Sequence record: SRR22947727_1464
Length of the DNA stretch: 55,831 nucleotides
Reading direction: 5' to 3' (one strand)
Below are positions 18,671-27,705 of the stretch, in pieces. Under the pieces are notes generated by a model. It did not search any database. It was not told where the DNA came from and saw only the letters and a list, made by a program, of their open reading frames with translations. Within the stretch, counting starts at the first letter, position 1. Each line of letters opens with the position of its first letter. The translations under genes were made by a program, and so were the position numbers.

Positions 18671-20476
18671 GTGGGAAGCTTTCAGTTTAATGGTGCAATT
18701 TCGGGATCCATCCTGAACAACCCGCTTGGGGATGCGCGATTTTACGAACATAATGGACAGATTACACTCGCCAGTGATGGTGGACAGGGTGTTGTGACGC
18801 TCACAACCGGCGCCAATCAGGCCGCAACCCTTGCCCACAGCGTGCCAATGAGTGCCACGGCTCCCTCCCAGAATGTGGCCCTTGGCGGGCGCGTGATCTC
18901 AATTTCGGATCAAGATTTGACCGCTGTACTCAACAGCAGATCCGACAGTTCGTTAACCCTGCATTCGGGCAATTCAGGCCGATATTCAGATCGCTTCGAG
19001 GCGGTACATCTGCAGACCGGCGGAACGGGCCTTGTGGTGCTCGCAGACACGACCGGCAATGGATTGGCCACCTTTCAAGTCGACAGCAACGGGACGATGG
19101 TGGAGCAAAACCAAGTGGCCAGCCAGCAGGCCGCATTCACCGGTCAAATTTCCGCGCTGAGCGTCGTAACCCAAGGCAGCAACAGCTTCGTTTTGGCCGC
19201 CTCCGCCAGCAATCATAGCATCACCGCCTATGCTGTCTCCTCCAACGGCACCTTGTCGCCCGCGTCCACTTTGGGCGCACAGCAATTTTTGCCCATTGCC
19301 ACACTGCAGGATATGGCCACGGTCTCAGTCCAAGGACAAAGCTACATTGTCCTGGCCAGTGCGGGCACAGGGTCCTTAACCGTCCTGACCCTAGATTCTG
19401 CGGGTGTCTTATCGCCCGTGGATCAGGTGGCAGACAGTCTCAACACGCGATTCCAAGGGGCCCAGGTTCTGGAGAGCTTCACCCATCAAGGAAATGCCTA
19501 TGTCATCGCTGCGGGACAAGACAGCGGCCTGTCGTTGTTTCGGTTTTCGGACGATGGGCAGCTCGTACATTTTGACACCATCGCCGATCAACTCAACACA
19601 CCGATCAACAGCATTACAGATATCTATGTCGACATCATTGGCGGTGACGTTCAATTGTTCACCGTCTCGGGATCGGAGGCGGGCATAGGTCATTTCACCC
19701 TCAGCCTGAGCACAACGTCCAGCGCACAGGCTGATGTTTTATTTGCACAGGATACCGGGCAAGCCCTCAATGGCGGCGCAGGAGATGACCTGCTGCGCGA
19801 TGGGGCGGGTGTGGATCAGCTCACAGGCGGAACTGGAGCGGACACATTCATGTTGATTGGGGATGGTGGCACCGATCGCATTACCGATTTTGAGCTTGGG
19901 CAGGATCGCTTGGACCTGTCCCATTGGGCCGGCTTCACCCATGTCCAACAATTGACCGTGACCAGCACAGCAACCGGAGCAATTCTAAGTTTCAACAATG
20001 AACAGCTCGTGGTGGACAGCGCCAATGGCCTTACCCTGTCTGCCACAGATTTCACCAACGCCAATGTCATTGCCCTGCCCCAAACTGACCTCAGCGCCAC
20101 CCTCGCGGCCGAAACAAATTTCACCGTTTCGCACCAAGCACTTACCACCGGCCTGACAGGCCAGCATAATTGGGCGGTGCAAACCCACACAGCTGCGGCG
20201 GTTTATGCCGCACAGCAAATGGCAGGCCAAACGGCAGCCACAGCCAGCAGTGACAGTTTTGTTTTTCTCCCCCAAGGCATGCCGCTTGCCACAGAGCTTG
20301 AGGCCACGATAGATACGCTGGCGTTGCAGAACATCCAAGGGCTGCTCGATGAGGGCTCTGACCAAACGCCCACTGCTGGCCCCGCGCAAGCCACCCTCAT
20401 CAGCGCCGCCGCAGAATTTCGCATCGCCAATTATGACGCCGCAGACATCGATCAGTTTGTATTTTTTCAGAGCTAA
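18671..20476 (+). CDS. RTX/calcium-binding repeat protein with beta-propeller-like N-terminal region; probable type I secretion substrate
   Basis: GGAGDDLL, GAGVDQLTGGTGADTF and DRITDFELGQDRLDL motifs; no signal peptide; repeated beta-rich units. Start GTG 18671 chosen for its GGAG RBS (ORF track starts at 18635). Confidence 0.75.
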   Translation: MGSFQFNGAISGSILNNPLGDARFYEHNGQITLASDGGQGVVTLTTGANQAATLAHSVPMSATAPSQNVALGGRVISISDQDLTAVLNSRSDSSLTLHSGNSGRYSDRFEAVHLQTGGTGLVVLADTTGNGLATFQVDSNGTMVEQNQVASQQAAFTGQISALSVVTQGSNSFVLAASASNHSITAYAVSSNGTLSPASTLGAQQFLPIATLQDMATVSVQGQSYIVLASAGTGSLTVLTLDSAGVLSPVDQVADSLNTRFQGAQVLESFTHQGNAYVIAAGQDSGLSLFRFSDDGQLVHFDTIADQLNTPINSITDIYVDIIGGDVQLFTVSGSEAGIGHFTLSLSTTSSAQADVLFAQDTGQALNGGAGDDLLRDGAGVDQLTGGTGADTFMLIGDGGTDRITDFELGQDRLDLSHWAGFTHVQQLTVTSTATGAILSFNNEQLVVDSANGLTLSATDFTNANVIALPQTDLSATLAAETNFTVSHQALTTGLTGQHNWAVQTHTAAAVYAAQQMAGQTAATASSDSFVFLPQGMPLATELEATIDTLALQNIQGLLDEGSDQTPTAGPAQATLISAAAEFRIANYDAADIDQFVFFQS

Positions 20477-20494
20477 AGATCGCTGGCGTGGATC

Positions 20495-21169
20495 CTAAAT
20501 CGCCGCGCGGATCGCTCTTATGTTCTCACCATAGGGCGCGGGATTTGCCACTGAGCCACCTTTGAAAACAGCTGAACCTGCCACCAAGACATCGGCCCCT
20601 GCACGAATCAACCCTGGCGCGGTCAGCGGTGTGACACCCCCGTCAATCTCAATATGGATGGGTCGGTCGCCAATCATCGCCCGCAATTGCGACACTTTAC
20701 TTTCTAGTGGGATAAACGACTGCCCGCCAAAACCGGGATTCACAGTCATCACACAGACCAAATCCACAATATCAAGCAAATGCTCAACTGCGCCGGCGGG
20801 CGTGCCAGGATTAAGCGCCACCCCGGCCTTGGCGCCCGTGGCTCGGATCGCTTGCAGGCTGCGGTGAATATGCGCGCCAGCTTCGACATGGGCGGTAATC
20901 ACATCCGCACCGGCCTCGGCAAATGCCTCGATATACGGATCAACCGGAGCAATCATCAAATGCACATCCATCACCGTTTTGATATGCGGCCGGATCGCGG
21001 CACAGGTTGCTGGGCCAAATGTGATATTAGGCACAAAATGCCCATCCATGACGTCGACATGAATCCAATCGGCGCCTTCTGCCTCAACACAGCGGATTTC
21101 TTCTCCAAAGTTGGCAAAATCCGCAGAGAGGATTGAGGGTGCAATTTTTACAGATCGGTCGAAAGACAT
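20495..21169 (-). CDS. rpe: Ribulose-phosphate 3-epimerase
   Basis: [47 protein letters not shown]. Confidence 0.97.
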   Translation of the reverse strand: MSFDRSVKIAPSILSADFANFGEEIRCVEAEGADWIHVDVMDGHFVPNITFGPATCAAIRPHIKTVMDVHLMIAPVDPYIEAFAEAGADVITAHVEAGAHIHRSLQAIRATGAKAGVALNPGTPAGAVEHLLDIVDLVCVMTVNPGFGGQSFIPLESKVSQLRAMIGDRPIHIEIDGGVTPLTAPGLIRAGADVLVAGSAVFKGGSVANPAPYGENIRAIRAAI

Positions 21170-21271
21170 AGGCTCACCTTTATATCGTTTCGCAGCAATT
21201 ATCGTGGCAGAAGGCGATTGTCACGCGCTAGAATGCTTGAATTGCAATGCAATCCCATGCACACAAGCGTT

Positions 21272-22258
21272 ATGGAACAAATTACGACGACAGTGACGCA
21301 GTTGCCTCAGACACTCGAGCCGCGCAATCCGGGATTGCCGCTTGATTTGGATTGGGCCCTTTCCGTTCAGGCCAATACCTCCGCCATTGAAAGGCGCTGC
21401 GCCAGCCTGCCGGGACGGCGCTCTGTCAAAAAAGATCATCAAGCCGCTTGGCTCGCGCGGGCAATCAGCTGCATTGATCTTACCACCCTGTCGGGCGATG
21501 ATACTGCGGGCCGGGTCAAACGTCTCTGCGCCAAAGCCCGCCAGCCGGTACGTCAAGATATTTTGCAACAGATCGGCCTGCCGCATCTGACCACCGGAGC
21601 GGTCTGCGTTTACCATGATATGATTGAGACCGCAGTGACCGCATTGCAGGGCAGCGGCATTCCCGTGGCCGCCGTCAGTACCGGCTTTCCCGCGGGCCTA
21701 TCGCCGCTGCATCTTCGCATTGAGGAAATCCGCGAGAGTGTAAAAGCCGGGGCCTCGGAAATTGACATCGTCATCTCGCGCCACCATGTTTTGACCCAAA
21801 ATTGGCAAGCTCTCTATGATGAAATGGCCGCCTTCAGAACGGCCTGCGGTGATGCGCATGTGAAGGCCATTCTTGCCACAGGTGAGCTTGGCAGCCTGCG
21901 CAATGTTGGACGTGCCAGCTTAATCTGCATGATGGCCGGAGCTGATTTCATCAAAACCTCGACGGGCAAGGAAAGCGTGAATGCGACCCTGCCGGTGACT
22001 TTGGTCATGCTGCGCGCCATCCGTGCCTATTATAATCGCACAGGTTTTCGGGTCGGCTATAAACCAGCGGGCGGGATCTCAAAGGCAAAGGACGCCATCA
22101 CCTATCTGGCTTTGATCAAAGAAGAACTGGGCGACCGCTGGTTGCGCCCCGATCTGTTCCGCTTTGGCGCCTCCTCTTTGCTCGGTGATATTGAACGCCA
22201 GCTCGAACATCACCTCACTGGCGGATATTCTGCCAATCACCGCCACCCGATGGGATAA
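21272..22258 (+). CDS. deoC: Deoxyribose-phosphate aldolase
   Basis: IDLTTL, AVCVY, EIDIV, GADFIKTSTGK, KPAGG, RFGASSL. Start uncertain (21257 or 21272). Confidence 0.95.
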   Translation: MEQITTTVTQLPQTLEPRNPGLPLDLDWALSVQANTSAIERRCASLPGRRSVKKDHQAAWLARAISCIDLTTLSGDDTAGRVKRLCAKARQPVRQDILQQIGLPHLTTGAVCVYHDMIETAVTALQGSGIPVAAVSTGFPAGLSPLHLRIEEIRESVKAGASEIDIVISRHHVLTQNWQALYDEMAAFRTACGDAHVKAILATGELGSLRNVGRASLICMMAGADFIKTSTGKESVNATLPVTLVMLRAIRAYYNRTGFRVGYKPAGGISKAKDAITYLALIKEELGDRWLRPDLFRFGASSLLGDIERQLEHHLTGGYSANHRHPMG

Positions 22259-22262
22259 TCCG

Positions 22263-24575
22263 ATGCCTATTGAAACAATTTTTGACACAATGGAGTATGG
22301 CACAGCCCCTGAAGATCGCAGCGTAGCGCTTCAGTGGATTGCCAATCACGGCGGCCTTATTGGCCCTTATGTCAATGGCGCCTTCGCGCCTGCGCGGGAC
22401 GATCTGACCATTCGCAATCATGCGACAGGCGAGAAGCTTGCAGGCATGACCCTATGCACAAAAGATGAGGTGACAGAGGCGGTGCAGAGCGCCAGAGCTG
22501 CGCAACCTGACTGGCAAAAAGCAGGGGGGGCGGCGCGCGCCCGCGTGCTCTATGCCCTCGCACGTTTGATGCAAAAACACGCAAGATTGCTCGCCGTGAT
22601 GGAATCTTTGGACAATGGCAAACCCATCCGTGAAAGCCGGGACATTGATATCCCTCTCGCCATTCGACATTTTTACCATCACGCCGGCCATGCACAATTG
22701 ATGCCCTCGGCCCTATCGGATCGCGTGGCTTTGGGTGTCTGCGGGCAAATTATCCCGTGGAATTTCCCGCTTCTCATGCTCGCTTGGAAAATTGCACCCG
22801 CCTTGGCGATGGGCAATACGGTTGTCCTTAAGCCCGCCGAATATACGCCGATGACAGCTATGATCTTCGCCGATATTTGCAGCCAGGCCGGCGTGCCCCC
22901 AGGTGTGGTGAATATCGTAACTGGGGACGGCAGCACAGGCGCCGCATTGGTCGATGCGACCGTGGACAAAATCGCCTTCACCGGCTCAACCTCGGTCGGG
23001 CGGAAAATTCAAGAGGCAACGGCCGGCAGTGGCAAATCCCTCACCCTCGAATTGGGCGGAAAATCTCCCTATATCGTCTTTGATGACGCCGATATCGACA
23101 GCGCCGTCGAAGGGCTCGTGGATGCGATCTGGTTCAACCAAGGTCAGGTCTGCTGCGCGGGGTCTCGCTTGCTCATTCATGAAGCCATTGCCGATGATTT
23201 TCACAACCGTTTAAAGGCGCGGATGGATAAATTACGCATCGGCGACCCGCTCGATAAATCCATAGATGTCGGGGCAATTGTTGATCCCATTCAACTTCAG
23301 CAGATCCAAGCGCTGGTGCAGGCCAATACAGCTGGGCAGACCTATCACGCACAAACGCCCGTGCCAGAGGGCTGTTTTTACCCGCCCACTTTGATCACCG
23401 GGTTGCATCCAGCCGATACCCTTATGCAGGAAGAGATCTTTGGTCCCGTGCTGGTCTCAACCACCTTCCGCACCCCGGCGGAGGCCGTGGAGATTGCCAA
23501 CAACAGCAAATACGGTTTGGCAGCGACGCTCTGGACCGAAAACATCAATCTTGCGCTGGAAATCGCCCCTAAGCTCGTGGCCGGTGTGGTCTGGGTCAAT
23601 GCGACCAATCTATTTGACGCTGCAGCCGGGTTTGGCGGCACGCGCGAAAGTGGATTTGGACGCGAAGGCGGCTGGGAAGGGTTGCAAGCCTATAGCAAGC
23701 CAAGACAGCCCTTGCCCGAGCCGGCCCAAGTGACGCCTTTCACCGGACAAGGTGCCGCTGCCGATGATATTGATCGAACCGCGAAACTCTTTATCGGTGG
23801 CAAACAGGCCCGGCCGGACGGAGGCTATAGCCAAGCGATTTTTGGCCCCAAAGGGCAACTGCTCGGCCACGCGCCCATCGCCAATCGCAAGGACATCCGC
23901 AACGCCGTGCAAGCGCAATTGGCCTGCGGCTGGGGCAAAACCACTGGTCACTTGCGGGCACAAATTCTCTATTACCTCGCCGAAAATCTCGCGGCCCAAA
24001 CCAATAGGTTTGCTGAGCGCTTGGACGCGATGACGGGCTCGACCACAGGCGCTGAAGAAGTGCGTGCGGCGGTCGATGTCTTATTCACCTATGCCGCTTG
24101 GGCCGATAAATTCGAAGGCCGGGCCAAATCTGTACCGATGCGCGCAGTGGCTTTGGCCATGCGTGAACCCGTGGGGACGATTGCAGCTCTTTGTTCAGAT
24201 CAACATCCCCTTCTGGGCTTGGTCACGCCCATGGCTGCCGCTCTTTGCACGGGCAACTCTATAACCCTCTGCGCCAGCGCGCCGTTTCCCTTGGCGGCCA
24301 CAGATTTCTCGCACATCCTTGAAGCATCTGACGTGCCGGCCGGGGTGGTGAATATCCTCACCGGACCTCAGGCGGACCTTGCGCCACATCTGGGCGCGCA
24401 TATGGGGCTGGACACTGTGTGGTGTTTATCAGGCGCAGAGCTCACCCAAGAGGTGCAAGCGCGCGCCAGCAGCAATATCAAACGCGTTTGGCAAGGCGCG
24501 GCACAAGACGATCACGACAGCTGGCTAGATGCGGGCACAGAGATCAAAACCATCTGGATCCCCTACGGCGAGTAA
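22263..24575 (+). CDS. Double-domain aldehyde dehydrogenase (ALDH16-like)
   Basis: IIPWNFP, FTGST, LELGGK, QVCCAGS, EEIFGP in the first domain, then about 280 extra residues resembling a second NAD-binding domain without catalytic motifs. Confidence 0.88.
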   Translation: MPIETIFDTMEYGTAPEDRSVALQWIANHGGLIGPYVNGAFAPARDDLTIRNHATGEKLAGMTLCTKDEVTEAVQSARAAQPDWQKAGGAARARVLYALARLMQKHARLLAVMESLDNGKPIRESRDIDIPLAIRHFYHHAGHAQLMPSALSDRVALGVCGQIIPWNFPLLMLAWKIAPALAMGNTVVLKPAEYTPMTAMIFADICSQAGVPPGVVNIVTGDGSTGAALVDATVDKIAFTGSTSVGRKIQEATAGSGKSLTLELGGKSPYIVFDDADIDSAVEGLVDAIWFNQGQVCCAGSRLLIHEAIADDFHNRLKARMDKLRIGDPLDKSIDVGAIVDPIQLQQIQALVQANTAGQTYHAQTPVPEGCFYPPTLITGLHPADTLMQEEIFGPVLVSTTFRTPAEAVEIANNSKYGLAATLWTENINLALEIAPKLVAGVVWVNATNLFDAAAGFGGTRESGFGREGGWEGLQAYSKPRQPLPEPAQVTPFTGQGAAADDIDRTAKLFIGGKQARPDGGYSQAIFGPKGQLLGHAPIANRKDIRNAVQAQLACGWGKTTGHLRAQILYYLAENLAAQTNRFAERLDAMTGSTTGAEEVRAAVDVLFTYAAWADKFEGRAKSVPMRAVALAMREPVGTIAALCSDQHPLLGLVTPMAAALCTGNSITLCASAPFPLAATDFSHILEASDVPAGVVNILTGPQADLAPHLGAHMGLDTVWCLSGAELTQEVQARASSNIKRVWQGAAQDDHDSWLDAGTEIKTIWIPYGE

Positions 24576-24582
24576 TGCTGCA

Positions 24583-25200
24583 TTATTTGCGGCGAAACCA
24601 CCCTTTGACGCGGTCCGTGGTCTCCTCTGCCGCCGCATCAATCCGGTCAATGACGGGATCCACGCGCCGCGCCCAAAACCCACGCAGGCGCACATAGACC
24701 GCCCAAATCAAAGCCGCCAATAGGACCAAAAATACAATGTTAAACCAAGGGATCAACCGGACATCCGGCCCGGCGACCGGCGTGAGGCTAACGGCATTGG
24801 GGTAAATCGACCAAAACGTGTTGCGCCACCCATAATGCCGCAGAATATACCATTCTGGCGCCTCCTTGCTCGAGACAGCATCTTCGGCTTCGGCCTGGAG
24901 GTTTGAGCTGTCAAACTTGAGATAGGGCGGCCAGTTAAAGCCCGTGTCTTCATTGCGATACACGCTCACCTTACCATTGGCCCGGACGGTATTAATCAAC
25001 CTCAAATCACGGTTCTGAGTTTGCGCCTCACCACTTTGTGCGGCCGCATAGAACATGCCAGTCCAGCCCGATAAGTCTTTGCGCAAAATCTCTGTGCCCG
25101 TGATGCGCACAATATCGCGTTGGGGTAAATTATAATGAAACACCGCAAGCACCAGCAAAGCCAATAGCACTTTCAAAATCCATCTCATTTTGACCAGCAT
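24583..25200 (-). CDS. DUF1523 family membrane protein
   Basis: HYNLPQRDIVRI, YRNEDTG, WPPYLKFDSSNLQA, HYGWR, YPNA motifs recalled for this family; N- and C-terminal TM helices; AAGGAG RBS. Confidence 0.8.
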   Translation of the reverse strand: MLVKMRWILKVLLALLVLAVFHYNLPQRDIVRITGTEILRKDLSGWTGMFYAAAQSGEAQTQNRDLRLINTVRANGKVSVYRNEDTGFNWPPYLKFDSSNLQAEAEDAVSSKEAPEWYILRHYGWRNTFWSIYPNAVSLTPVAGPDVRLIPWFNIVFLVLLAALIWAVYVRLRGFWARRVDPVIDRIDAAAEETTDRVKGWFRRK

Positions 25201-25237
25201 ACAAACCGCTCCTTTGGGGGTGTCTCACCTTTGAACT

Positions 25238-25266
25238 ATATAGGGGCACAAAGTGCCAATCAGAAG
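25238..25266 (-). promoter_or_regulatory. Candidate RpoH (sigma32)-type promoter for the DUF1523 gene
   Basis: Minus strand CTTC-N18-CCTATAT vs alphaproteobacterial RpoH consensus CTTG-N18-CCTATAT. Confidence 0.45.
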
Positions 25267-25294
25267 CCCCTTGGCTATGATTTCCCGCGCGCCT

Positions 25295-25597
25295 TTATCC
25301 CGCGCGCCGGATTTTCAGCGCCGTAATGACATAGCAGATCATCAAAGCCGGCACCCAAACGGCTCCGGTTCCAACGGTCCAAATCACGCCGGAAAGGGCT
25401 GTATCTTGCCAAGGGGCTGGGATAGTTGAGGTGATCCAAAGGCAATGCCAGAGGAAAACCACCACAAAAGCCCAGGAAAGAGCCACAGCCGCTTCTTGCC
25501 AAAATTCCCCAATCCCTTGCGGATCCCGCCGCCCCGCACGGCGCCCAAGAAACAACGCCGCAAGCACGGGAAAAGACAAGGAGAGCAAAAAAATCAT
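25295..25597 (-). CDS. Small hypothetical membrane protein (about 3 TM helices)
   Basis: 100 aa with three hydrophobic stretches and a basic tail; fills an otherwise empty gap. Confidence 0.55.
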   Translation of the reverse strand: MIFLLSLSFPVLAALFLGRRAGRRDPQGIGEFWQEAAVALSWAFVVVFLWHCLWITSTIPAPWQDTALSGVIWTVGTGAVWVPALMICYVITALKIRRAG

Positions 25598-25779
25598 CGG
25601 CGCGTTAGACCCTGTTGTGAGCTTTTATGCGCCAAGTAATACGCTGCAGAAGAGAGGTGTAAAGCGTCACCGCTGTGAAGTTGCGCCGCAATCTGCTGGC
25701 ACGCATTCTTGCGGGAGGATTTATATTGCCAATGCGCGCCCAGTTGCGCATCGTGAGATCATCACAAGGGGGAGGCAAA

Positions 25780-26520
25780 ATGCGACTTCATGGAAAAACC
25801 GCGATTGTCACGGGGGCAGGTTCAGGCTTTGGAGCCGGAATAGCTCAACAATTTGCTGCCGAAGGTGCAACAGTGATGGTCGCAGATATCAATCTGGATG
25901 CCGCGCAAGCCATCGCAGAACCACTTGCAGCGACGGCGCAGCATGTGGATGTCGCAAGCGACAGCTCTGTCGCTCATATGATCGGCGCGGCGCAGGCCCT
26001 TTGGGGACGGATTGATATTTTGGTCAACAATGCTGGCATTACCCATTTGCCGCAAGCGATGGATCAGGTCAGCGAAGCAGAATTTGATCAGGTCTTCGCC
26101 GTGAACGCCAAATCCGTTTTCTTGACCGCACGCCATCTTGTGCCGCTGCTCAAGCGCCAAAGGTCGGGCGCCATCTTGAATATTGCCTCAACCGCCGGTG
26201 TATCGCCCAGACCCAATTTAAATTGGTATAATGCCTCAAAAGGCTGGATGATTACCGCGACCAAAGCCATGGCCGTTGAACTGGCGCCATTTAACATTCG
26301 GGTCAATGCGCTCAATCCTGTGGCCGGTGAGACTCCATTGCTCGCCAGTTTCATGGGAGAAGACACGCCGGAGATGCGGGCAAAATTTCTCTCGACTATT
26401 CCGCTTGGACGTTTTTCAACGCCGCAGGATATGGGACATGCCGCCAGCTTTCTGTGCTCTGATGAAGCCAGTATGATCACCGGAGTGGCGCTGGAAGTTG
26501 ACGGCGGGCGCTGCATTTGA
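25780..26520 (+). CDS. SDR family oxidoreductase (FabG/glucose dehydrogenase-like)
   Basis: TGAGSGFG, NNAG, YNASK; start ATG 25780 after GGAGG. Confidence 0.92.
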   Translation: MRLHGKTAIVTGAGSGFGAGIAQQFAAEGATVMVADINLDAAQAIAEPLAATAQHVDVASDSSVAHMIGAAQALWGRIDILVNNAGITHLPQAMDQVSEAEFDQVFAVNAKSVFLTARHLVPLLKRQRSGAILNIASTAGVSPRPNLNWYNASKGWMITATKAMAVELAPFNIRVNALNPVAGETPLLASFMGEDTPEMRAKFLSTIPLGRFSTPQDMGHAASFLCSDEASMITGVALEVDGGRCI

Positions 26521-26840
26521 ACCCGCCTAGTTCTATAGGCCAAACGGCGGATATTTATGCCGGGCGCTTTGCCAACCAACGGCAAGTGTTCACGCATCTG
26601 CGCGGCGCGGCCGGCACGGCGTTTATTCCAGATCATGTCGAGGTGATCTGCAACGAAAACCCAGAACCGAGACTGGCGCATTGGTTCTCACAAGGCGATA
26701 GCGCAGCCATTGAAGATAGTTTGGGGCTCAACACCACATGCGTCATCATCTTTGAACATGCGCAAGCTGAGCTGGACACGGCTGGAACAGATCGCTTGAC
26801 CTATCTTGGCTCTTTCGTGGCTTTGCGCCACAGACCCTAA
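26517..26840 (+). CDS. Hypothetical protein
   Basis: 107-aa ORF overlapping the SDR stop and filling the gap to the next convergent gene. Confidence 0.55.
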   Translation: MNPPSSIGQTADIYAGRFANQRQVFTHLRGAAGTAFIPDHVEVICNENPEPRLAHWFSQGDSAAIEDSLGLNTTCVIIFEHAQAELDTAGTDRLTYLGSFVALRHRP

Positions 26841-27640
26841 GGCGCCCGCCCCAGTAGTGCATCCAGCAGGTCACTTTCGGGATCTTCCAGGCCAGCGATG
26901 ATGTCGAAATGATGTTTTTTGGGCTCAATTGTCAGGTCCGATTGCCAATTTTCTGCCAAAAGCCGCGCTTGTTCTAAGAACGCCGGCCGCTCATCCGCGC
27001 CAACCCAAATATGTGCGCGCATCGTTTTGGGCGCCGGGTGCAAGGCCGGACTTTCCGCCTTGGCAATATCCTCGGTCAGCGCCAGTGGCCCGCTCATCTG
27101 CGTCTGCAGTAACGGTCGCAAATCGGCAACCGGCGATATTGGCACAATGCTCTGGATCCGCGCGCGAACCTCTGAAGACAGGCCGCTGTCCACCTGCCCC
27201 ATACGCGCCACCAAATGCCCCCCGGCAGAGTGACCTGCCAAAACAATCGGTCCAGGGATCCGATTGGCAATCTGACCTATGGCCAAGGCCACCGACTGCG
27301 TGATCTCAGGGATCGATGCACCAGGGGCCAATGGATAACTGGGCAAGGCCACGGCCCAATCGCGCGCGCAGGCGCCTTGGGCCAAATGAGAAAAATCTCG
27401 CCGTCCGAATCGCAACCAGTAGCCGCCATGCACGAAGATCATCAGGCCCAGCGGGCGTCCCGCCGGAAAGAACAGGTCAAAAGCTTGGTCTGGATGCGCC
27501 CCATAGGGCTGGTTCAACTGTGCCCGGCCCAGCGTATGCTCGGCGTCTCGATAGCTGCGCGCGGTTTCATCCCAATAGGTTAAAAACCCGTCGGCATCGG
27601 GAATATAGGCGGCATTTGCATAGGCATCATCAAGGCTCAC
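26837..27640 (-). CDS. Alpha/beta hydrolase (arylformamidase/esterase-like)
   Basis: HGGYW oxyanion motif, GHSAGG nucleophile, HHFD catalytic His; start GTG 27640. Confidence 0.88.
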   Translation of the reverse strand: MSLDDAYANAAYIPDADGFLTYWDETARSYRDAEHTLGRAQLNQPYGAHPDQAFDLFFPAGRPLGLMIFVHGGYWLRFGRRDFSHLAQGACARDWAVALPSYPLAPGASIPEITQSVALAIGQIANRIPGPIVLAGHSAGGHLVARMGQVDSGLSSEVRARIQSIVPISPVADLRPLLQTQMSGPLALTEDIAKAESPALHPAPKTMRAHIWVGADERPAFLEQARLLAENWQSDLTIEPKKHHFDIIAGLEDPESDLLDALLGRAP

Positions 27641-27705
27641 TTCGCTTCTCCTCTGGACAAATAAGCGATCAAATGGTCTCACATCCTTAACCTAGGGAGG
27701 CCAAA

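Noticed and set aside
25697..25712. Sigma54-like sequence TGGCACGCATTCTTGC upstream of the SDR gene
   Set aside because: GG and GC are 11 nt apart, whereas sigma54 promoters require 10.
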